Source: Dehalococcoidia bacterium (GTDB lineage Bacteria; Chloroflexota; Dehalococcoidia; GIF9; JAUXIO01). Taken from it: DNA of 56,175 nucleotides. The position numbers and the translations under genes were made by a program. The stretch covers positions 1 to 56,175 of the forward strand of contig JAUXIO010000002.1 of assembly GCA_030620975.1 (NCBI GenBank), written 5' to 3'. Shown piece after piece: positions 50,510 to 56,175 of the stretch. The notes under the pieces are model-generated. The model ran no database searches. It saw nothing but the letters and a program-made list of their open reading frames with translations, and had not been told where the DNA came from. Each line of letters starts with the position of its first letter. Position 1 is the stretch's first letter.

Positions 50510-53371
50510 ATGCATAGAATAGAAGTTCACCTGAAAAGCCACCTGCCAGACGCCAGGGGGCTCAGTCTGGTCAGGGATATATATGACCTGGGAATAACAA
50601 CGGTCTCCAAGGTTCACGTGGTGGATGTATACTGGCTAGATGCGGACTTAGAACCTGATATGCTGGAGTTAATTTGCCAAAGCCTTCTGGCTGATCCAGT
50701 CATTCAGGACTACCAGTATGAGACGGCCACCCAAGGACGGGACAAAGTAAGCAAAGATTGCCACGTTGTTGAGGTCGCTTACAATGCCGGCGTCACTGAC
50801 CCGATTGAGGATACCATCATGAAGGCGCTCCAAGATTTGGCTATAAAAAATGTCAAAGCGGTCAAGACAGCAAGGCGCTACCTCATTAAAGGACAACTGG
50901 ATGAGCATCAGCTAGGGACCATATGCAGTAGACTCTTAATAAACCCGATCATCCAGCATGTAGTCAAAGCCAAATTACTTAAATTTCCCCAGAGTCCCCA
51001 GTACAGATTCAAGTTAGAGCAAGTACACCTTCTAGAAGCAAGTAAAACTGAGCTTCTAGAGGTAAAACAGCAATTCGGATTTACTGATGACGAACTTCAG
51101 GCAATCGTCGCCTACTTTCAGCAGCAGAGGCGAAGTCCCACTGATGTCGAGTTAGAGACGCTGGCACAAACCTGGTCTGAGCACTGCGTCCATAAAACAT
51201 TTAAAGGCAGCATTCAATTTGGCACCACCACCATAGATAACTTGTTAAAGAGCACCATCATTAGAGCCACCGAGCAACTGAACAAGCCGTGGTGCCTCTC
51301 CGTTTTCGAAGATAACGCCGGGGTAATCGATTTCGATGGTCGCTGGGCGCTGTGTTTCAAGGTTGAAACCCACAATCACCCCTCGGCGGTTGAGCCGTAC
51401 GGAGGAGCAGCAACGGGAATAGGTGGCGTTGTCCGTGACCCACTTGGCACCGGTCTGGGAGCCAAGCCAATTCTGAACACCGATGTATTCTGCTTCGCCC
51501 CTCCCAATCTTCCCTACAATGAGTTGCCAAAGGGGGTTCTGCATCCGCTTCGCATTTTTAAAGGGGTTCGGGCTGGAGTAGCTGACTATGCCAATCGCCT
51601 AGGGATACCTACACTCAACGGCGCTATACTTTTCGACAAACGATATGTTGCCAACCCACTCGTCTTCTGCGGCACATTGGGATTACTGCCTAAAGACCTT
51701 TCTCAGAGAGGACAACAGAGCCCTGGTGACCTGGTGATATTGGTTGGAGGCAGAACCGGACGCGATGGCATACATGGTGTGACCTTTGCCTCAGAACAAC
51801 TTACTGAAGCCTCAACTACAGTTTCTTACAGCTCAGTCCAGATTGGCAACCCGATTGTGGAAAAGAAGCTCATTGATGTTATGCTTCAAGCTAGAGACCG
51901 CAAACTCTACTCCAGAATAACCGATTGTGGTGGGGGCGGGCTGTCATCGGCAGTGGGTGAGATGGCTGCCGAAACCGGGGTGCGCGTTTATCTAGACAAA
52001 GTGCCTTTGAAATACGCTGGGCTGTCTTACACCGAAATATGGGTATCGGAATCTCAGGAACGGATGATATTGGCCGTTCCTCCGGACTGCGTCCAAGAAT
52101 TGCTAAGTCTTTTCGCCAGTGAAGATGTCGAGGCCACAGTCATCGGCAAATTTACCAATGACCAGAGGCTTCAGCTTCTTTATCAGGGGATATTGGTCTG
52201 TGACCTGAGCATGGAGTTCCTGCACAGGGGTAGACCCCAGCTGCAGAGAGAAGCAGTCTGGGAACAACCACAACACACTGAACCCGACTTCACCCCACCG
52301 CCAGATTTGGGTGAGGCTTTATTATCAATCCTCAGTTCATGGAATGTGTGCAGCAAGGAATGGGTGATACGCCAGTATGACCATGAGGTGCAGGGAACTA
52401 GCGTTCTCAAGCCTCTGGTGGGAAAGAATGGCGATGGGCCAAGCGATGCCGCCATTATCAGACCGATTCTGGACTCAAAGATGGGTGTAATCGTCTCCAA
52501 TGGCATAAATCCTAATTATGGAGAAATGGACCCCTACTGGATGGCAGCATCATCCATTGACGAAGCTTTAAGGCAAATTATAGCTGTTGGTGGTAACCTG
52601 CGAAGGGTTGCACTGCTGGATAACTTCAGTTGGGGTAATACCAGCAGGCCGGACATGCTGGGCGCTTTAGTCCGAGCGGCGGAAGCTTGCTATGACATGG
52701 CAATTGTTTATGAAACGCCCTTTATCTCAGGTAAGGACAGCCTCAACAACGAGTTTCAATCTGAAGGTGAGACCATCTCCATCCCCCATACCCTGCTCAT
52801 CTCCGCCATCGGCGTTATGGAAGATGTAAACCGGGCTATATCAATGGATTTCAAGAAAGCAGACGACTTAATTTATATTTTAGGCATTACTCACAATGAG
52901 CTAGGAGGCTCTGAGTACTTCAGGAGTTACGGCTTTGTAGGTAACAATGTGCCCAAGGTAAACCCTCAGTTGGCAAGAGAGCTGATGGACAAGTTGAGTC
53001 TGGCTGCAGAGAAGAGCTTGGTCAAAGCATGCCATGACTGCAGTGAAGGCGGCATCGGCGTTGCCATCGCCGAGATGGCCTTTGCCGGAGGATTGGGAGC
53101 TACGGTTCACCTAGAATCTGTTCCGCTGGGTGAACCCATAGACAGGGACGATTTCATACTATTCTCTGAATCAAACAGCCGATTCATAGTTGAAGTAAGG
53201 CAAGAAAATAAAGATGAGTTTGAGGAAATAATGGGCAATGTCAGCCTGGCAGCTATTGGTGAGGTTAATGATTCTAAGGTATTGGAAATATACGGCCTGG
53301 ATGGCAGAAAGATTGTTAATAAATCTATAAGCGAGTTAAAGGAGGCCTGGCAGAAGCCTCTTCGTTGGTAG
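50510..53371 (+). CDS. purL: Phosphoribosylformylglycinamidine synthase PurL with two N-terminal PurS-like repeats (PurSL fusion)
   Basis: 953 aa. Residues ~1-75 (..LADPVIQDYQYE) and ~85-165 (..LINPIIQHVV) look like PurS. They are followed by the PurL core (TWSEHCVHKTF, ETHNHPSAVEPYGGAATGIGG, DCGGGGLSSAVGEMA). Confidence 0.93.
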   Translation: MHRIEVHLKSHLPDARGLSLVRDIYDLGITTVSKVHVVDVYWLDADLEPDMLELICQSLLADPVIQDYQYETATQGRDKVSKDCHVVEVAYNAGVTDPIEDTIMKALQDLAIKNVKAVKTARRYLIKGQLDEHQLGTICSRLLINPIIQHVVKAKLLKFPQSPQYRFKLEQVHLLEASKTELLEVKQQFGFTDDELQAIVAYFQQQRRSPTDVELETLAQTWSEHCVHKTFKGSIQFGTTTIDNLLKSTIIRATEQLNKPWCLSVFEDNAGVIDFDGRWALCFKVETHNHPSAVEPYGGAATGIGGVVRDPLGTGLGAKPILNTDVFCFAPPNLPYNELPKGVLHPLRIFKGVRAGVADYANRLGIPTLNGAILFDKRYVANPLVFCGTLGLLPKDLSQRGQQSPGDLVILVGGRTGRDGIHGVTFASEQLTEASTTVSYSSVQIGNPIVEKKLIDVMLQARDRKLYSRITDCGGGGLSSAVGEMAAETGVRVYLDKVPLKYAGLSYTEIWVSESQERMILAVPPDCVQELLSLFASEDVEATVIGKFTNDQRLQLLYQGILVCDLSMEFLHRGRPQLQREAVWEQPQHTEPDFTPPPDLGEALLSILSSWNVCSKEWVIRQYDHEVQGTSVLKPLVGKNGDGPSDAAIIRPILDSKMGVIVSNGINPNYGEMDPYWMAASSIDEALRQIIAVGGNLRRVALLDNFSWGNTSRPDMLGALVRAAEACYDMAIVYETPFISGKDSLNNEFQSEGETISIPHTLLISAIGVMEDVNRAISMDFKKADDLIYILGITHNELGGSEYFRSYGFVGNNVPKVNPQLARELMDKLSLAAEKSLVKACHDCSEGGIGVAIAEMAFAGGLGATVHLESVPLGEPIDRDDFILFSESNSRFIVEVRQENKDEFEEIMGNVSLAAIGEVNDSKVLEIYGLDGRKIVNKSISELKEAWQKPLRW

Positions 53372-53377
53372 AGACTA

Positions 53378-54148
53378 ATGAGCAAAGTAAGAATATTAAT
53401 ACTACGTGTTCCAGGAACAAATTGCGATGCTGAAACGGCATTTGCTTTTCAGCAAGCTGGAGCAATTACGTCAATAGTCCATATTGGTGAACTGATTCGC
53501 CGTGAACGACGGCTTTCCGACTATCAAATAATGGTCATTCCCGGCGGCTTTACCTACGGCGATGATATAGCCGCGGGCAAAGTGTTGGCCAACGAACTCA
53601 GGCTAAAGCTCGGTGAAAATATACAGAGATTTGTTGATGATGGAGGATTGATTCTAGGAATTTGTAACGGCTTTCAGGTCCTGGTCAAGGCGGGCCTTCT
53701 GCCAGGGAAAACAAATGGCAATTCTCCGTCGTTGACCTTGACAGCTAATGATTCGGGCAAATTTGAATGCCGTTGGGTACACCTGAGCGTAAACGGGCAA
53801 AGTCCCTGCATTTTCACCAAAGGAATAAATAGCATGTATCTTCCCGTAGCCCACGGCGAGGGAAAGGTTATTGTTGCACTTGAAGCCCTGCCCTACCTAA
53901 ATATAGTGCTCTACTACGCCGACGAGCATGGAGGCAGAGAAGCCGACTATCCACACAATCCCAACGGCTCGGTGGCAAATATTGCCGGCATTTGTGACGC
54001 CTCGGGACGCGTCTTCGCCTTAATGCCGCACCCCGAACGCCACATTTGGCACACTCAGCATCCACAATGGACAAGGCAAAGAGCCAAAGAATATGGAGAT
54101 GGCTTCCAGATTTTTGTAAACGCCGTGAAATGGGTGCAGAGTTCATAA
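53378..54148 (+). CDS. purQ: Phosphoribosylformylglycinamidine synthase glutaminase subunit PurQ
   Basis: LILGICNGFQVL (catalytic Cys), MPHPER and GGFTYGDD. Confidence 0.95.
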   Translation: MSKVRILILRVPGTNCDAETAFAFQQAGAITSIVHIGELIRRERRLSDYQIMVIPGGFTYGDDIAAGKVLANELRLKLGENIQRFVDDGGLILGICNGFQVLVKAGLLPGKTNGNSPSLTLTANDSGKFECRWVHLSVNGQSPCIFTKGINSMYLPVAHGEGKVIVALEALPYLNIVLYYADEHGGREADYPHNPNGSVANIAGICDASGRVFALMPHPERHIWHTQHPQWTRQRAKEYGDGFQIFVNAVKWVQSS

Positions 54149-54274
54149 AATTAGCTTAAGTTTAAGGTAGTTCTGGTTCTCTCTTAAAAGTAACTAGGCT
54201 TTCCAATCAACGAGGCGCAATGACTTCCAAGAAGTAGCCATGGCACCTTAAGTCATCGGTAAACTCGGGATGAA
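54118..54274. repeat. Copy A of the diverged direct repeat (purQ 3' end plus pdxT-like 3' end)
   Basis: Aligns by eye with 55826-55982 at roughly 75-80% identity. Starts with an identical 17-mer AAACGCCGTGAAATGGG and also shares CCTTAAGTCATC. Confidence 0.8.
54207..54272 (-). pseudogene. pdxT-like 3' fragment (last 21 codons only)
   Basis: Reverse-strand reading gives HPEFTDDLRCHGYFLEVIAPR*, against [21 protein letters not shown] in the intact pdxT at 55915-55980. The upstream reading frame is broken (in-frame TAG). Confidence 0.7.
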
Positions 54275-54301
54275 TATCCTTGGCCTAACGGCAGTAGATA
54301 T

Positions 54302-54520
54302 TCATTGAGGGCATACAATAGATGACCAGAACTGTCTCTGGCCAAATGGGTAAACTTCATAACCGAATTCCTGAAAAATCGTCTCTATCGCGACTTGAGC
54401 TAGACGCCCCTTAAGGAGATTTAGCATAAACTCGGTTTGGAGATAAATAATTGCTGTAAGGCAGGAATGAACTGCTTCTTCTCAAACAAAAGTTCGGTAT
54501 CTTCCAACGTGGGCTACCAA
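54302..54520 (-). pseudogene. Possible IS200/IS605-family TnpA (Y1 transposase) relic
   Basis: A single reverse frame with one internal stop: LVAHVGRYRTFV*EEAVHSCLTAIIYLQTEFMLNLLKGRLAQVAIETIFQEFGYEVYPFGQRQFWSSIVCPQ*. The H..(17 aa)..LKG and FG..(10 aa)..FW spacings match my recollection of IS200 TnpA (..DHIHMLLEIPPKMSVSSFMGYLKGKSS..QFGDLKFKYRNREFW..). The N-terminal half is missing. Confidence 0.4.
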
Positions 54521-54521
54521 G

Positions 54522-54560
54522 AAAAAATGGAAAGGGAAGCATTAGTGCTTCCCTTTCCAT
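54522..54560 (-). terminator. Perfect 15-bp hairpin plus U-tract; terminator of the HAD gene (or an IS-end hairpin)
   Basis: ATGGAAAGGGAAGCA-ttag-TGCTTCCCTTTCCAT (54527-54560). On the minus strand it is followed by TTTTT(C). Lies 47 nt downstream of the HAD stop. Confidence 0.75.
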
Positions 54561-54606
54561 TTGTCAAATAACTCACAAGTCCGTAACCAATGACCACAAA
54601 AGGTAG

Positions 54607-55242
54607 CTATAAATTTTCCAAGGCTCTAACAACGTCGTTAAGGTCGTCAAAGGACTTGCATTCAAGGTTATTCTCCCTGCAGTAGGTTAGCAGCTCACCT
54701 CTGGCGAGGATTTCGTAGGCGTACTTTGCTGGGTTAATATCGGAATCGCCATTCCCAACGTATATCACCCTGTAACCTTCTTCCAGAAACAACTTAATGT
54801 ACGCCTCTTTTAGGCCACCGTCTAATTGCTTGCCAGCCGGCCCGATATATTGAACTTTCAGCCCATCAGCACAGAATCGGGTTTGCGCGGCATATGCCTC
54901 AACATTTTCTAAGCCCATTTCCCTCAGTATTGCTTTTATATAAAAGTCCAGTCCATTGCTCACAATTACCAATCTGAAGCCTCTCTCGGAGCAATAAGTT
55001 ACTATCTCTTGAAACCCAGCTCTCATCTTGACCTTGCCTTTGGTAGCCTCAAGCAAAGTAGGTCTATCGGCTTTAACCATAGCGAAGGCTTGGGTATTGA
55101 AGCGGTCTACAGATATCTTGTGCTCTTTGTAGTCCCGTAATAATTGCCGCCAGTCTCCTTGGGCAAAGCTGTCTAGAAGAAGAAAGCTAGTATCCTCTTC
55201 GGTAATGGTGCCATCGAAGTCACATTGAACTAGGGTTTTCAT
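54607..55242 (-). CDS. HAD-IB family phosphatase, MtnX-like
   Basis: MKTLVQCDFDGTIT (DxDGT motif I), VIVSNGLDFYI (motif II) and YVGNGDSD (motif IV). Overall collinear with B. subtilis MtnX as I recall it. An ATG at 55242 is preferred over the track start at 55272. Confidence 0.8.
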   Translation of the reverse strand: MKTLVQCDFDGTITEEDTSFLLLDSFAQGDWRQLLRDYKEHKISVDRFNTQAFAMVKADRPTLLEATKGKVKMRAGFQEIVTYCSERGFRLVIVSNGLDFYIKAILREMGLENVEAYAAQTRFCADGLKVQYIGPAGKQLDGGLKEAYIKLFLEEGYRVIYVGNGDSDINPAKYAYEILARGELLTYCRENNLECKSFDDLNDVVRALENL

Positions 55243-55486
55243 TATATTGCTTCCTGCGCCATGCCACCACATGAGCGCACTTACAAGATTGCTGTTTCAT
55301 AGCAACGCAGGTAACAGCATAGCATATCCCCCCGAATAAAAACCACAAACAGAAATCCAAATGATTTTAGCTGACAACCAGCAACAAGCATTTCGTATAA
55401 ATACCTGTGTAGGCGAACCCTAGATTCCCTTAATCTGCTGCAGTTTACTCAAATGTTAGCACGTGCCATAGCAGCGGCCAAGCTCA

Positions 55487-55804
55487 TTACAGCATCCTGT
55501 GATCCAACAATGATAAATGAGGGGATGGAGCTGGTATTTCACGGAAATTAGCCAGTATCTTGCCACCGCCGGTTTTGGCAGCTTCGCCCACGCTGGTCAT
55601 CCCGGCGCGAATATATTGCTCAGAGGGATCGAGGGATGTGCCTGCGTAATTGATTATGGCCACAAAGCGTCTCGGCTTTCTATCCTTAACTTCAAGCACT
55701 TCCCCAAATCTAGACTCGATGGGGATACCTGACTTCAGCAATACTCCATTTATGACTACGCCACAAACCGTGGCTAAACCAATTTTTCCACTCGGGACAA
55801 CCAC
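55487..55804 (-). CDS. Hypothetical protein fragment, possibly NrpR/DUF128-like regulatory domain; probably truncated
   Basis: (V)VVPSGKIGLATVCGVVINGVLLKSGIPIESRFGEVLEV...AIINYAGTSLDPSEQYIRAGMTSV...GGGKILANFREIP. The open frame extends upstream only to a TGA at about 55846, inside repeat copy B. The DUF128 resemblance is from memory only. Confidence 0.35.
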   Translation of the reverse strand: MVVPSGKIGLATVCGVVINGVLLKSGIPIESRFGEVLEVKDRKPRRFVAIINYAGTSLDPSEQYIRAGMTSVGEAAKTGGGKILANFREIPAPSPHLSLLDHRML

Positions 55805-55825
55805 AGAGCCAAGTTTTTCTCCTTC

Positions 55826-55982
55826 AAACGCCGTGAAATGGGCTCAGCGAGCATGAAATTAGCTCAAGTTCAATGTGGGCCTGATTCTCTATTAAAGATA
55901 ACTGGGCTTTTCAGTCAATGCGAGATAATGGCTTCCAGAAAGTAGCGATGAAACCTTAAGTCATCACTGAACTCAGGGTGAA
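55826..55982. repeat. Copy B of the diverged direct repeat (purQ-like 3' fragment plus true pdxT 3' end)
   Basis: The plus strand reads ..NAVKWAQRA* against purQ ..NAVKWVQSS*. The remainder is the 3' end of pdxT. Confidence 0.8.
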
Positions 55983-56175
55983 AAACGGTAACCAACAGCT
56001 TTCCTTGCCTGGCCGCCACAGCGATACCATTGGGCAACCTGGCTAAAACCTCCACCCCCAAGCCCACCCTTTCAATAATGGGGGCACGGATGAAAACGGC
56101 GGGAAAAGATTTACCTCCCAAAGCCGGCACCGGCAGTTCAGCCTCAAAGCTATCTATTTGCCTGCCAAAAGCATT
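55915..56175 (-). CDS. pdxT: Pyridoxal 5'-phosphate synthase glutaminase subunit PdxT; N-terminal part lies outside the window
   Basis: Reverse-strand reading from the window edge gives [38 protein letters not shown]...[39 protein letters not shown] and FHPE are PdxT hallmarks. Confidence 0.9.
   Translation of the reverse strand, partial: NAFGRQIDSFEAELPVPALGGKSFPAVFIRAPIIERVGLGVEVLARLPNGIAVAARQGKLLVTVFHPEFSDDLRFHRYFLEAIISH

Noticed and set aside
55650-55856. 68-aa plus-strand ORF ending in ..NAVKWAQRA
   Set aside because: Only its last ~10 codons resemble purQ (they are the repeat copy B). The rest is antisense to the 55487-55804 ORF. It is treated as a purQ-tail relic, not a gene.

Overview
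A 56.2-kb, densely coding window with about 60 CDS and 2 tRNAs. I found no rRNA, no CRISPR array and no intact mobile element. The content is mostly core housekeeping. Gene content and architecture (PurS-PurS-PurL fusion, stand-alone trpB2 behind a T-box, frequent GTG/TTG starts) suggest a Chloroflexota/Dehalococcoidia-like bacterium, but that is a low-confidence inference. Main blocks, left to right: (1) a decayed left edge with an RNase H-like exonuclease and a WYL-regulator relic; (2) mscS, a deacetylase, a zinc-ribbon protein, tRNA-Gln, rnc, malic enzyme, a PflX-type radical SAM enzyme and acyP; (3) a minus-strand block of DUF362, MBL hydrolase, pepA, a P-loop kinase and an acyl-CoA dehydrogenase; (4) a PyrR-attenuated pyrR-pyrB-pyrC-carB-pyrK-yjbQ cluster; (5) rpoB-rpoC with their own promoter, then ruvB and a thermonuclease lipoprotein; (6) two PadR modules (PadR-HAAS membrane protein, and PadR-MBL-DegV); (7) convergent ADP-forming acetyl-CoA synthetase subunits; (8) a Trp T-box plus a Trp-rich mini-ORF upstream of trpB2; (9) htrA; (10) a long minus-strand array rpsF-ssb-rpsR-rpmH-rnpA-yidD-(PQQ beta-propeller lipoprotein)-yidC-jag-ileS; (11) tRNA-Asp, an orphan hypF, and purSL-purQ; (12) a rearranged purQ/pdxT junction. 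Items worth a second look: the W-rich leader ORF stacked behind the T-box; the roughly 157-bp diverged direct duplication of the purQ/pdxT junction that brackets a 1.55-kb insert (HAD phosphatase, gene fragments, an IS200-like TnpA relic and a perfect 15-bp hairpin); and the BamB-like lipoprotein inside the yidD-yidC operon. I saw no convincing multi-gene novel system (defence, RiPP, secretion). Most of the window is ordinary core genome. All calls come from reading the sequence and ORF translations; no database search was run.
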